Source of the DNA: Camelus dromedarius
Lineage: Eukaryota
Direction: 5' to 3'
Length of the DNA: 64,000 nucleotides
Assembly: GCF_036321535.1 (NCBI RefSeq)
Contig: NC_087436.1
Coordinates: 101,930,001-101,994,000 of the forward strand
Under the pieces are notes generated by a model. It made no database searches. It was not told the DNA's origin and worked only from the letters and a program-made list of their open reading frames with translations. The number at the start of each line of letters is the position of its first letter. The first letter of the stretch is position 1. The position numbers were made by a program, and so were the translations under genes. This document shows positions 1 through 13,892 of the stretch, in pieces.

Positions 1-254
1 TTTTTGTCATAACATATCCTAGCTGCACATAGTATTTAAAATTGCACATCAGGCCAAGAAAAAAAATAGAGTGTGAAGGCTACAAATAAATCAGATTATG
101 TATCAGAAGGATGAAAACAAAATAGACCTTGAAATTTTGACTCCAAAGCATCTTGTAAGTTGGTTTTCAGGTGGAAAACGTATAGCTGATACGTCTTAAA
201 ATGTTTCTCCTTGTCATAGCACATTCAGAGAAGGCCACCAGGTATTGCCATTTC

Positions 255-1314
255 TTTTTTTTACATTTTTTTAAATTGGGTAATAGTTATTTTACAATGT
301 TGTGTCAAATTCTAGTGTAGAACATAATTTTTCAGACATACATGAACATGTATATATTCATTGCCACATTTTTTTTTCACTATGAGCTACCACAAGATCT
401 TGTATATATTTCCCTGTGCTATACAGTATAATCTTGTTTATCTATTCTGCATTTTAAAATCCCATTTTGTCCCTTCCCACCCACCCTGCCTTGACAACCA
501 CAAGTTTGTATTCTATGTCTATGAGTCTGTTTCTGTTTTTCATTTCTGTTTTTTATTTATTTATTTATTTATTTTAGATTCCTCATATAAGCGATCTCAT
601 ACGGTAACTTTCTTTCTCTTTCTAGCTTACTTACTCAGAACGACACTCTCTAGGAACATCCATGTTGCTGCAAATGGCGTTATGTTGTTGGTTTTTGTGG
701 ATGAATAGCATTCCATTGTACAAATACACCACATCTTCTTTATCCAGTCATTTGTTGATGGACATTTAAGCTGTTTCCATGTCTTGGCTATTGTAAATAG
801 TGCTGCTATGACCACTGGGGTGCAGATGTCATTTTGAAGTAGGGTTCCTTCTGGATATATGCCCAGGAGCAGGATTCCTGGGTCATATGGTAAATCTATT
901 CCTAGTCTTTTGAGGAATCTCCATACTGTTTTCCACAGTGGCTTTCCTTGCTTCCCTCTCCCAATCTTAATGTTTAGATGTCTTCTTTTACAATTTTGTG
1001 ATTGTTCTGTTTGTAATTCACGGCAGTTATCTCCCTTCCAGTTATGAGTTCCTCATTTTGGTAGCATCCTGCTGCTTTTTTGTTTAGAGTAGACCTGTCA
1101 GTATTTCTTTTAGCATGGGTTTAGTGTTGCTAAACTCTTTTAGTTTGTGCTTGTCTGTGAAGTTCTTTATCTCTCCTTCTATTCTAAAGGATAGCTTGCT
1201 GGATAGAGTATCCTAAGCTGCATCTTTTTTTCATTCAGGACTTTGAATATATCTTGCCACTCCCTTCTGGCCTGTAGCATTTGTGTAGAGAAGTCAGCTG
1301 AGAGCCTTATGGGG
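255..1314 (-). mobile_element. LINE-1 copy: ORF1 C-terminus and inter-ORF spacer joined to ORF2 C-terminus, 3'UTR and poly(A)
   Basis: T tract at 255-262. 263-941 parallels the 3'UTR and ORF2 end of the L1 at 25721-26420 (ORF 627..815 '[26 protein letters not shown]'). Minus strand 1313-1084 translates, with one frameshift, to PIRLSADFSTQMLQARREWQDIFKVLNEKKMQLRILYPA/LSFRIEGEIKNFTDKHKLKEFSNTKPMLKEILTGLL*, the L1 ORF1p C-terminal domain. Confidence 0.92.
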
Positions 1315-3158
1315 TCTTTTTTTAAAAGTAATGGCTTCCACTTCATTCAGATACAAATTAGGGTCTGGTATTAATCAATGTATAATATTAAGCTATGTAA
1401 GTTATATGTCTGCTCTAAGTTTTATGTTTCTCACTTGAGTACTAGAAATGTTAAAATACCTTTTCCAGGAAGGTTTGCAGGGGTGATTGTATAAAAATAT
1501 AAAGTGCTTTCTACTCTGCCTGCCATTCCATAAATGGTAGCTATAATCATTAACTCAAGGAGAAACATATACTTTGCTACCATTTATAGTACTGTACACT
1601 TTTTAATATAAGTACCATCTAAATAAACAAATCTCCATAGTCCATTATAAAAAGTTATTCTTATACTGAAGATTTATAATACTCTCTAAAAATATTTTTT
1701 TCTCTCATTATCTCTTTCTTTCTCTCCTTCTCTTTATTTAATTGAATGGACAAAGGAAAAGATTTATATTTAACAGTTTTGTAATGGTGAATTACAACAT
1801 GAGGCTTTCGTTACACCAGTGTCATTTCATATTATTTTAAAATTAAAAGCATCCAATGAAACATGATAATCATATTTATACATCCACATGCAAAGGTAAT
1901 TTTAGGGGTAACTTAGGGTCTCTCCTTTCACACTGCATTTTGGTTATTTATCTTGAATCACTTATATTACCAAATCTCTATTACTTCAGAAACACATCAG
2001 GTGGTGATGTCTACTTCTTTCTACTGACGTCTGAAAAACGCAGAGGCGACATGCGGGGAGAGCCCCTGTTAGGGCATGCTACCCTGGAGAGCTGGGCTTA
2101 CTGGAGGCTAACTTGAGCTTCAGGAAGCAAAATAAGTCAGGGAGTGAACTGACATTTCCTGATTCCCCTCTATGCTCTTCTTGCTTGAATTGCACTAAAA
2201 AAGCCAATAAAGCTTTATTAATCCTAATATGTATAATCTCTGGGTCCTAAGCATTAAGTAACTTGCCCAATTTCATGCCATAGCCAGCAAAATAAAAGTC
2301 TGCTTTCAAGGTCCACCTTCTTTCTTCTCTAACAAACCTCCCCATTTTCCTGACTCTAAGATACCATTCCCTCAAACCCTTATCTGAATACAATATTATT
2401 TGCTGAAGATATTTTTGATAGAAAATAAAATATGAGAAAGTGCATAAGACACTAGGCAGTTTTTGTTCTTTCAGGTCTAAGTGTCAAACTGTAGATCCAA
2501 TCTACTTACTCAGATGCCGGAACAAAAACAAGAGTGCTCCTGGGTAGGAGAGCTATGTATGAACGTTGGGTTTGCAAAGAGCAAATATGTAACCTACTAT
2601 TCATGGAATACATACTTCAGAGTTTCTCTTCAAGGAGTTATAGTTTTGACTTTGATAACACTGAATGTCTATGACCTTGCATTTGTGCTGAACTATCTAC
2701 CTGGGCACCATCCTTTTGCTGATCAATAAACATGAGCCTGGGGAACCTGAAAATAGGAACTTAAACTATTTTAATTTACTTCAGCCCTTGCTGTGATTCC
2801 CAGTTTCATTCTACCGTATATCCAGATTTTGACTCCTTTACCTTGAGCTAAACTTGAGGAGAGATGTTTAGTTCTATAGTTTTCATTCTCAATACGTGTA
2901 CTCCCCTCTAAACTTTTCCTGGCTTCTGGTCATTTCTGGTTGCTGTCCTGCTCCCATCCCTGACTCTCTAAATTGAAAAAACATACCAATGAGAGAAAAA
3001 TCAGACAATTATCCCTCCTGTGTTTAAACAATGCCTTCAGAGCACTGAAATCTCCATCAGTAGTCACGAGATTCCAAGACACATGAAGAAATAATCTGGG
3101 TGTTTTTCCTTCCAACTATTCCTTCTAGATGGCATATTGCTTGATTTCTCCTTAAAAT

Positions 3159-3191
3159 ACACACACACACACACACATACACACACACACA
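3159..3191. repeat. (CA)n microsatellite
   Basis: Directly visible AC run with one interruption. Confidence 0.95.
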
Positions 3192-4225
3192 AACAACAGA
3201 TAAGAAAATCAAGTGCATTATGTTTAGAAAACAGAATTCAGATTGTCAGTTAAAGATGTCACAGATCTGTAAAACTTAGACCTGTAATGAATACTACAAA
3301 TATCTCATTTCTGACTAATTTCTGGTGTCCCTTGGAGCCCAACTCTTTCCTTGTCGATGCCTAATGATAGTTATAAATGGTTATATATCACCTACTTTGG
3401 CATTTATTTTTAAAAGAATGTGGAAATGTTTTACAAAAGACTTTGATCTAATATTCGTGTTTTATTTATAGACTACATAATTTCAACACAAAGGCTATCA
3501 GAATGCTGGCTACCTACAAATCATTGACTTAGGTTTTGTTCAATAGTTTCTCTCTCTTCTGATCCAAACTTAAATATTTTAAATGATTGGCTTTGAAGGA
3601 CCTTTCTTTCCTTCTTCTTTCCTTCTACTCTAACTCTACCTTCTTATGGGTGTGTGTATAAATATAGATATAGAAGAAGATACAGATATAAAATCTTTAC
3701 ATACAAGAGACAAATCTGAAAAAAAATAGAATTAGTGGCACTTGACTCCTTTTTTAAAACTGTGGGGAATTTGGAAAAGACAGAAATTTCAACCCCTATT
3801 ATAAATATAATTTCTAATTTTTTCTATTTTTGTCTGGAACCCTCATTCAGGTAAACATATGGATAAAGTTGTAGAAGTCTATGGCGTTTAAAGCACTAAA
3901 GATGAAACTAGTTTACATTCCAAAAGTATATTCTGAGTTTAATTTCAAACTTCAGGGAGTTGCCAGTGTAAGTTTTCTATTGGCTGAAGTTTGATCATGA
4001 AAACATCTGTAAAAATGATGAAGAAAATTTAGAAATAAAAGAATTACCCAAATAAATCTTCTTTCTTGGCATTCTTTTCAACAAACATTGCCACAAACAC
4101 ACACTGGGAGAACACTGCCCTAAGTTTTCCAACATATAACAACTAACAATCTATGCATTTTTGCAATTGCTTTGTGGATTGACAGATGCCATCAACATAA
4201 ATTAACTGATGGTATTACAAAAGAC

Positions 4226-4589
4226 ACTCTTAGTCCATTTGGGGTGATATGACAAAATTCAATAGACTGGTGACTTGTAAGCAACAAAAATTTTATTTCT
4301 AACAGTTGTGGGGTTTGGGAAGTCCAAAATCAAGGCACCAGCATTTTTAGTATCTGGTGAGAGCTCAATTCCTAGTTCACAGACAGCTGCCTTCTCACTG
4401 TGTTCTCTCATGAAGGTGAAGGAGCTCCTGGGAGTTTCTTTCGTATGGGCACAAATCTCATTCATGAGGGCTCCACCTTTGTGACCTAATCACCTCCCAA
4501 AGGCCCCCAACTCCAAATACCATCAATTTGGGGTCCAGCTTCAATCTATGAATTTAGGGATGGGAGGCACAAACATTTAATCAATAGCA
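4226..4589 (-). mobile_element. MaLR solo LTR, MLT1A-like
   Basis: Typical motifs TCTTAGTCCATTTGGG, GGGAAGTCCAAAATCAAGGCACCAGCA, TGACCTAATCACCTCCCAAAGGCCCC, AAACATTTAATCAATAGCA. Flanks AAGAC and AAGAG form a degenerate 5-bp TSD. Confidence 0.85.
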
Positions 4590-5368
4590 AAGAGCTCCTG
4601 GTAGGTGCCTTAGGATATATAAGTAGCTTTTATACCAGGGTCTCTTCTAGGGCTTCAGTGTCTCATACAGCAAATGCCTTATAGAACTGGACCCAGGGCA
4701 TCTGGACTGAAGGTCTCAATTCTCAGCTCACTGCCTTTGCAGTATTTCAAACATCTGTTAACCTCTTCAATTCTTGGTATTCTCATTAGCAAATTTTCTC
4801 ATGTATGGGGTTTGGGTTGCCTTATATTCATTTTTTTCTTTCCTAGCATCTTTTCATCAAGATACACAATCCTTTCCTGGGGAAAGTAAATAAGAAAATT
4901 GGCATGTGAAACCTGTCTCAATTCTCTTGAAAGTAGGACAGAAACAAAGAACTTATGTTCCATTGCTCTCCTTTCTGCCTTGTAGGAAATGGCTGTAGCT
5001 CCTTGCATGGGTAAGTTTGACTAATTCTAGGGCTCAATTTTATGAAACCTAATGATGTACAGATATGAGTCTTATTCTTCAAAATCATATTTTTTAGTTG
5101 TAAAGCTGTTGTTGTCCAGTCTTCATCTACTGATCCTTTGTGCCTCTCAATCAGTGTAGAACTTGGAAAAGGAAGATGGTGCTACTTATCAGAACACTGC
5201 AAACATCCCAAACTAGTGATGAATATAGTAGTAACTTTTTGTTATTATTATAAATATTTAAGTATCTAAAGAGATAATGAACTAATGCACATAAAACACA
5301 TATATAACATAAAGCACTAAAAATACCAAAAATGTATGAGAATTACAGTAAATTTTAGCTTGCCTTTC

Positions 5369-5878
5369 TGTGGAGAATTAGAGATGGCTAAAAAAATCTA
5401 TTCTCCTTCCACTGAGAGGTGAGGTATATTTCCCCTCTTCTTGCATTTAGCTTGATCTCTGAGTGTGCAATCAACAGAGAATAGTAGAAATAATGTTATG
5501 GCAGTTCCAGGTCAGAATTTTAAGAGGACTGGTAGCTTCCAGTTTGGTCTCAGGGATCCCCAATTCCCCATGTAAGAAATATGAATATCCTGCTAAGAAA
5601 AGACATGGAGAGCCCCTGATTCTACCTGGAGGACAGCTGAACCCGTCTTCCAGCTATCTCCGACATCATGCCAAGCATACACATGAGCAAGCTTCTCGGG
5701 CCCTCCAGTTCAGCCCAGCTGTCTCTGAAGTCTATCATGTGACTTTGGCTAACACCGAGAATCACTTAGCAAAATATCGTCTGGATTCTGAAGCCGCATA
5801 ATCATATAATGTAATAATTATCTTTTAAGACACAGAGGTTTAGGGTAGTATGTTATATTATCATGGGTGATCAGGACA
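5369..5878 (+). mobile_element. MaLR solo LTR, MLT1G/H-like
   Basis: TG...CA ends. Motifs CTCCTTCCACTGAGAGGTG, AGAATAGTAGAAATAATGTTATG and 3' TTTTAAGACACAGAGGTTTAGGGTAGTATGTTAT. Confidence 0.75.
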
Positions 5879-6459
5879 TCTCTACAACAAATAGACAAAA
5901 CTGAAGAGCTTCTGGATATTTGACATGTGGCTGAAACAGACAACGAAAAGCTTTAACAATTCAAAGGGAAGTGCCAGGTTCAGAAAGTGAGATGATCTGG
6001 TAAGTCTTCAAGAATGTATTAGAATAATGTGATTGTGTACTTTGTAAAATCAGAAAATTTGTAAAATCATAAAATGCAAAATAAAGAAGCAAAACCAGCA
6101 TGATCCAGTCATATAAAGAAAACATGTTATTGTATATCCTTTTGGGTTTATTTTTGTATGTAGATGATCCTCAGAACTGGGTTTTTCATCACAATTTGTT
6201 CAGTAAACTTTTTATTCGAATTTTTTTTATGACTTAAATAATCAATTTTATTAGTGTTAATGTTATCAAGAAACATGTTATGCATTTATATTTCATGCAA
6301 TTTCTAATGGCTACTAAATTTTCCATTATGTGAATATATGAAAAAGTTATGCTTTAGTGATGAAATGCTATTCTAAGTAAGCAATGATGCCGTAATTAAT
6401 CATCCCTTAAGTTTTGTCTATAAATCAGGACCGTATTGATAGAAATGATATCCTATAAC

Positions 6460-6650
6460 ATTTATCAAGTATTTATAATATCTATAACCCTGGGATGAGT
6501 AATTTAAAACCACTCTTTCATTTAATTCTCACAATAAAAATAACCAAAATGTATAATATTATTTCTCTATTTCATAGTTAAGAAAAATAAGGACTAGAGA
6601 GATCACTCATGTAGTGAGAATTTTAACAAGGATAGAAACCCAATCATTAG
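6460..6650 (-). mobile_element. MIR SINE fragment (degraded)
   Basis: TCATTTAATTCTCACAATAA...TATTATTTCTCTATTTCATAGTTAAGAAAAATAAGG matches the antisense MIR core. Confidence 0.55.
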
Positions 6651-7129
6651 ACCTAACATCAGGAAAGATCACAATATACTCAGGAGAGAGCAAAGAAAGA
6701 AATTTAAATAAATTATAAAGGTTTAATGAAGGTGGGAAACAAGACTAAAATATTAAATTTTACCCAAATGGTAGAGTCATTTAAATATCGGGTTAAGTGA
6801 GCAGAGTAACAACATTTGATGCTGAAGTGCTCTTCCCAAAGGTCAAATTTTGATATCCTACAGAATGAACAATCTCCAGGGGTTTACATCAGAGAAAGAA
6901 TCTATGTCCTTCTCAAAAACAGTATGTGAGGGAAACAGCTGGCTCTTCGGCTTGTGCTCTCAGTTGTCTGGGGGCACCAATGAAGAATTAGCCTTGGCAT
7001 CGTATGCAGGATAGAAATCAACAGCACATAATAGTGAGTAATTTCCAAAGTCCATAAGGTCATTTGTTGATATGCAGTGATATAAGTTCTAAAAGTAAGA
7101 CCCACTATTATTTGAACCTTGGATTGTAA

Positions 7130-7572
7130 GAAAAATCAAAAAGACCTGGAAAAGTCAAACCAACTCTGAGTTCCTCTCCCTGCTCTGCTCCCCCAGATGA
7201 GGTCCCCTAGCCAAACAACCTTCCTTACCATGGCACTGGGGCGCTGTTCATGCTTATCTCCAAGAAGTGGGCTTCAGCTCCCTGCCTGCCCATGGAATTA
7301 TTCAAACAAGATAAACATATCCTCCCATGGGAGCCAAACTTCCCTCACTCTCTTGATACTGTGAAGTCTTGATACTATGTTCCTAAGTGCAACCCCATGG
7401 GGCCCTTTGTGGCACGCATTGTTCTCCTTCCCTGGGCTGAAAGTGTATGTGACTTATTAGCTGCTCTCAGTCTCATCTGTCCAGTCTCTGATGTCATATA
7501 TTCGGCCATCTCTGTAACCACAAGACATGAATCCTCCTCTTACCAATGGGGTGAATGGGAGATGGACACACC
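7130..7572 (+). mobile_element. ERVL-class LTR, MER74-like
   Basis: GGAATTATTCAAACAAG...CTCTTGATACT...TCTCATCTGTCCAGT...TTCGGCCATC...ACCAATGGGGTGAATGGGAG resembles the recalled MER74 LTR. 5' boundary uncertain. Confidence 0.55.
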
Positions 7573-8811
7573 TCTAGGCCCTTGACAGCAACAAGAAACA
7601 TCTATGAGGACCTGTAAGGAAACAGTCAACCTGCATCTACTTCCCTACACACACAGAAAAATAAAACATGTTCTATGGTTTCAGGAAGTTGTGCAATCTA
7701 TTTAGAGAAACATGATATATAATTAGACGAATAGATAAGCTAACAAATTATCACTGTGCAAAATTCTAAATATGTGATCATATATTGAAGCAACTGTTGC
7801 AACTATAAAACTAGATTTCAAATATTTACATAGTTAGTTATATAGAAAATTATAGAACACTCTGAGATTACTGGACATTGTCTTTTGGAAACCAATTCTT
7901 TCCTGAAAATAAGGCTGGATTAAAGAGATAGCTAAGTTCAATATGAAAAGGGCGAATGGCATTAAGTATCTGCATTAGCAAGAAAACAGAATAGGCAAAT
8001 AATGATTAATTGGCCACATATATGTCATTATAGACTCCAGGGTGCCTTATATAAGGAATTAAAATATGCAAGAGTAAATATATTGTGTTAAAAAATTTTT
8101 TTTAAAAATGTGTTAAGCAGTGAGTTAAAAAAAAGTACCATTATGATCCTGAAAGACTCCATAGCCAATTGGCAAATGGAAACTTCAGTTTCAAGAACCA
8201 CCAACTTTCTGCCTAAACTTGTCCCCATGCTCCTTTGGAATATAGCACGGTAGGCTTCTCCTACTTACACTTGAGTTACTTTAGAACACACTTCTGTTCT
8301 TTGACTAATATGAAATATTGTTTCTTTTAGATTACGTTAGACGTTTATATTGTCACCTACCTCTGGATTCTAAGATTTTTTTTTTTGAATGGGCTCATCT
8401 TTAAAAGTCCATGCCATCTGATCAAAGACCCTTAAAACATAAACCTGTTCAGATTCCCAATGACAATTATAAGCAATACTCTAAAAACACATTCAAAAAT
8501 TCATTCGTGAACTTTCTACTGCTTTGGACACTGTAGATATCAATTCTGGTTATCAATATCCTGTCCATACTGCTTGATTAGGGATATGTTTAACATCACT
8601 TGAAAAACCTTTCCTAATCATATTTGCCAGATATAGTCACCACCTTCTCCAAAATCTTACAGCCTTACTTTTTTTTTTATCCCCCTGGAACTCAAAGTTC
8701 TTATCTTTTTTTTCCCTCATATTTATTTGGGTTCATAGTCTCTAACACAATTGTAAATTTATTGAAAGTAGAAAGCATTCTCTGAATCATTTTATAAGGT
8801 ATGTTTCCACC

Positions 8812-9000
8812 ATTTATTCATTAGCTCATTAACTCAATCAGTACACATTTATTCAGTTTCCAGGCCTTGGTGTGGTGTTTGGTATGCAGTAATGAATAAT
8901 AAAGACAGGATCTCTTTTATTATAGAGAATTCTATCTATCAAAGGCCACAAATATAACATAAATTACTACAAGAATAAAGATTTAATTACAACTCTGACA
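8812..9000 (-). mobile_element. L2 3' end fragment
   Basis: TTATTCATTAGCTCATTAACTCAATCAGTACACATTTATT...CCAGGC...ATGAATAATAAAGACAG is the antisense L2 tail pattern. Confidence 0.55.
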
Positions 9001-9159
9001 TGTGATAGAAAGATTCTCTCCCTTTCTCCCTCCCTCTCTTTATGTATCTATTTTTCTATCTGAACTATTAAACATAATAATGCATGAAAGCTGAATGAAT
9101 TATCAATGAAAAGCATAACAATGGATTAAATGTGTTGCCTAAAATTCCTAAAAGTAGTT

Positions 9160-9757
9160 AGCTGGGTTTTCAATTAAGACCACTACAAATTACAGAAAAC
9201 TTAAAATAATGCATATTTATTATAACAGAGTTTAACATTAGAAATTCAGTGAGTTCTGCTAGGTTATTGCTCTGGGTATCTCAGGCCTAAATCAACATGT
9301 TGTTTTCTGGAGGCTCTAAGGAAGAATGTTTCCTTGTTCATCCAGGTTGCTGGCAGAGTTCAAGGCTATACTGTTATGGTAAGACAGCACTTCCTGGTTC
9401 CTTGTGGGCTATAGATTGGAAATCATTCTTAGCTTCAAGAGATTTCTTGCATTCCATGGTTTCTTGCCCTTTTCTTTCAACTTCAAGGACGGAGTCAATT
9501 AGTTCTCAGGCTTTGAGTCTCTCTGAATTCTATTTCTGTCTCAGTTCTCAGACCCTCCTCTGCGTTTCTTCTCCACTTTTAGTGGCTCGTGTGATTACAT
9601 TGGGCCCATCTGGATAATCCAGGATAATATTCCCATTTTAAGGTCAGCTATTTAGCAAACTTAATTCTCTCTGCAATTCCCTTCCCACCCCTAACTATAA
9701 TGGTGTTTTATTGAATAATTTAGGGAAGAAAACATCTTTAGAATTTTGTTGACCACA
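9160..9757 (-). mobile_element. MaLR LTR, MLT1D/E-like
   Basis: TCTGGAGGCTCTAAGGAAGAAT, TGATTACATTGGGCCCATCTGGATAATCCAGGATAAT, ending GACCACA. Confidence 0.75.
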
Positions 9758-11199
9758 TGGGGCTCCTTTAGTTTTACTAAAATCTGTGATTAATGAGTGT
9801 AGTTAAATAGAATATTATATTATAGACCCACATCGTAAATTCAAAAAACTAAAGCAGGCAACTGCATTTCTTTATGAAATTCACATTCTGTCTATGCATT
9901 TTTAATATTTTTTAAAATGATTATATTTTGAGATAATGCAAAAATAACATGAAATCTTGATTACAGCTTGCTGAAAACCAAGCTCTCTGTTGATGCTGGA
10001 AGATTTTAATCATTGTAATGCATATATTATTACTCTTCCGCTGCAGAAACTGCGTAGAATATTACAGAAGCTACAGGCTTTCCTTCAGTTATAAATATTA
10101 TATTAATTATCTCAAAATTTTACACTGAAAAAAAGAGAAATTAAAAATCAACACATCTATATTCTTGGCATCCTCCCATCCTCTGCTCCTGCATTTTCAG
10201 TAATTTGTTGTCATACAGGTGAGTTTTTCTATCCTGGTTTCCATGGTACATGTTCTAACTCAGTTTTGCAGTTATTTCCAAGAGTATGGTTTCCAAGGCA
10301 ACCAGATGGTAAACAAAACCAAAAGTCTTCCCCAACATCAACATGTTCAATTTCTTTAGGAAGTGAAGATTAGTTTTATAATTTTGGCAAGAATTTTTGA
10401 GGAAAATACAGAGATTAAGATAAAATCTCTGAGAAAACACTCTAAATTGTTTAAGAGATAAATGCTTAATTTAAAAGTTAATTCTTTAACATTGCCAAAT
10501 ATCTGTGAGGCTAATGAAATAAAAGCAATAATGTTAATTGACTGTTTTTATTTGATATAATGAAATTTTGAAGAACATGAAGGAAAACCAATAGATGCTT
10601 AAGATTCTATTTATAAAATGAGGATGGACATATACTAAATAATTGTCATTTAATGAGAAGAATTATATATAATTTAAATGAATTTTGAAAGAATACTTTA
10701 AAATACATACAATATATTTTACATGTAACATATAATTCTACAATTAGCTAGTCATTCAGACTGGTTAATACATCTCTAACGTTTTCTACAAAATTAAAAA
10801 ACAATTACTGCATTAGGGAGGCACCATCATATTAGCATTATTTTTAAATTACATTAATAATCTATGCTTATACAATAAGATTAGTAAATCATTATTTTTA
10901 ATATTTGAAGATGATTACTTTAAAAAAAAAAGAGAGTTTGAAGTAAATTTTGTTTAATAGCAAATAAATGCAGCATGCAGTAACTTGTAAAGGTGATCCA
11001 AATTACTTCCACTCCTTTATTCATGCCCACACAATATGACTTTATTGAACCTCATATAAAAGGGTTTCTTCTTTTGGTTTGTTTTTCACTTTTGTAAATA
11101 TATGTTTTAGTTTTCAAATGAAGCCATGAATTTTTCAGTCATGCAGAAACTTCATAACTTTTACTTCATCTGTTTTCATCTTGTTTATTAAATAAAAAT

Positions 11200-11508
11200 A
11201 CATGGATGGACCTAGAGATTGTCATACTAAGTGAAGTAAGTCACACAGAGAAAGATAAATATGATATGATATAACTTGTATGTAAAAATGAGGTCAAAAC
11301 AGAACAAAACAGAAATAGACTCACAAACATGGAAAACAAATTTACGGTTACCAAAATGAAAAGAGGGGAGAAGGATATATTTGGAATTTGGGATTAACAG
11401 ATACACAGTACTATATATAAAATAGATAAACAACAAAGTCCTGCTGTATAGCCTAGGGAACTATATGTAATATCTTGTAATAACCTATAATGGAAGAAAT
11501 CTGAAAAA

Positions 11509-11566
<58 letters not shown>

Positions 11567-11630
11567 AACTGAATCACTTTGCTGTAGACATGAAACACTA
11601 AATCAACTGTACTTCAGTAAAAAATAAAAC
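11200..11630 (+). mobile_element. LINE-1 3' end (artiodactyl-type 3'UTR)
   Basis: CATGGATGGACCTAGAGATTGTCATACTAAGTGAAGTAAGTC (ORF2 end), AACAACAAAGTCCTGCTGTATAGC, TATAACTGAATCACTTTGCTGT and an A-rich tail. Confidence 0.85.
11511..11562. repeat. (AT)26 microsatellite inside L1 3'UTR
   Basis: Perfect AT run, directly visible. Confidence 0.95.
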
Positions 11631-12679
11631 CTTAAAAAACCTTGAATTTTTGTAATACAGATGACTATGCTTATCTAGAGATTATATTTTTCATCTTTGC
11701 AAGAGCTGTGTACGGTGATGTAAAAGGTCTTTATTGATAGAACGTGAGTAGAGGTATTGTATACAGATTTTTATAACCTTTTTTTAAAGGATATTTTTTT
11801 ACCATCTACTTTCTGTCTTTCTGACTTAGAAGAAGCCAGAATGCAGAAATTTGGTGGTCATATTTTACCATGTTGACAAATATTATAGAAGGAAAATGTG
11901 TCATGGATGACTTTGTGGATAGAAATATTCTAGTTTACATGTGTACACTGGACAGTTATGTGAGAGAAAAATTACTTCTATTTAGCCTTAACTCGTATTT
12001 TGGGCTATCTTTTTCTATAGAATCATAGTTTTTTCTTTGACTATCAAATTAATGCATATTTATTATAGACAATACAGAAATGCAGAAGTAAATGATTAAA
12101 TCCACCCATATTTTTGCCAACAAGGAGAACAAAATAGGAATCTGGCTTATATTTTGTTTTACATAATTCCATTCATTTTGTGCATAAATATGCTTAAACA
12201 TTTTTTCTGCAGAAATATATATATATACATTGATTTCTTGATTTACCAATATTCAATTATCATCTTCCCATTATTTAAAATTATCTTCAAGAAGATAATT
12301 TTTCTCATTAAAAATAGCCACTGTATTTATCTTTGTGCACTTCTGTAGTGATTTTAGTAAAATTAATTCAGAATTGTGGAATTAGAGGGTTCAAGATTTG
12401 GAATAAATGATCTGATACATTTCCATGCATAATAAAGCATTTGTATAAATTACATTATTGTTAATAATTATACAGGCTTGATGTTGAAGGATAAAGAAAA
12501 ATGTATATTGAACTTGTACTTTTGCACTTTGCTGGCTGTTTATATAAATGATTAATTCTTATCATGTCACATATTTAACTATGAGGAAGGAATGGTGCTG
12601 TTTATATTCTTCTGCAGGGGTTATAGGAAAAGCAGATTCCAAAACAGGATTAGATGGATTAGAGATCTATTTTAAGCTC

Positions 12680-13180
12680 TTTCCAATTGTAAAGGATAGA
12701 AGTATGACCTAAATTAACTCAATTACTAAAGAGAATCTATTGGCTCATATTAATTAACTAAAGAAGGTCAATGATGTCTCTGGTATTATGAACCTCTGGA
12801 ATAGCAGACTATGGTATATTTAGGATTTTCTATCTAAGTTCTCCATTATTTTAGCATTAGATTTTACTTTTCAGTGATAACTGGAAATATGTCAATGGAA
12901 GTAGTTACCAGATACTTTAAGTGTTATTTCTTCATGCGCAGACGTTTAAAACAGCTTCTCTTTTCATGTACAGGCTAGACATGAGCAAAGGAGATCCTCT
13001 TCACCTACCACAGGTCCACTGACGAATCACATGTCTAAGTACTGAGATGTTCTGGCTGATGATGCTCCGAATGAATAACACGGCCAATCCACTGACCAAC
13101 AGGTCCGGTGAGTCTTTTATCATAAGATATGTGGAGGCAGATCACTCTCATGGCCACTAAAGATGGTGTATCCAGGAAGC
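12680..13180. mobile_element. Ancient LTR remnant (LTR33- or MLT1K-like)
   Basis: TTGTAAAGGATAGAAG...AAAGAGAATCTATTGGCTCAT resembles the terminus of these families. Heavily decayed. Confidence 0.35.
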
Positions 13181-13627
13181 TACTCTAACTTGTGTCTACT
13201 GAAATCTCATACCAAAGAACTTCCATGTTTTTAATAAGTTGATTAGAACACACACAGTTTTAAAAAGTTCTTCTAATTAAATAAATGCAGCATCTTTAAT
13301 TGAAAGTTGCTATATATGCACACTAAAAATTTCAAACAGTATAAGGAGATTATTAAAAAATAGGTCAGGCTCTGTCCATGCCAAAAATCCAGTTGTATAC
13401 TGAAGTGTTTGATAGAGTTTTCTCTAATCTTTCAGAAATTATTTAGGCAATAATATGTCTTGGAGAAATTCACATATTAGCCCAAACTCACCAACAGTAT
13501 TGTTACTACAGTTATCATCATTATTGTTACCATTTACAGCTATTATTATTTATTCCACTGCTCTTAAACACCAAAATTTTCTTAAATCATTTCTTTTTTT
13601 ATGGATTAAACCTTTTTATCATTTTTT

Positions 13628-13870
13628 CTGTATATATTTTTTATTGACGTAGTCAGTTTACAATATTGTATCAATATCTGGTTTACAGTATAATGCTTCA
13701 GTCATATAGGAACATATATATATACATTTTCATATTCGTTTTCACCATTAATTATTACAAGATAGTGAGTATAGTTCCCTGTACTATATACTATGAACTT
13801 GTTTATCTATTTTATGTATATTAGTCAGTATCTGCAAATCTTGAACTCCCAATTTATCCCTTCCCACCCC
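13628..13870 (-). mobile_element. 5'-truncated LINE-1 (3'UTR only)
   Basis: TTTTTATTGACGTAGTCAGTTTACAAT...ATTTATCCCTTCCCACCCC. TSD ATCATTT(T/C)TT at 13618-13627 and 13871-13880. Confidence 0.85.
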
Positions 13871-13892
13871 ATCATTTCTTGAATAATAGTTA

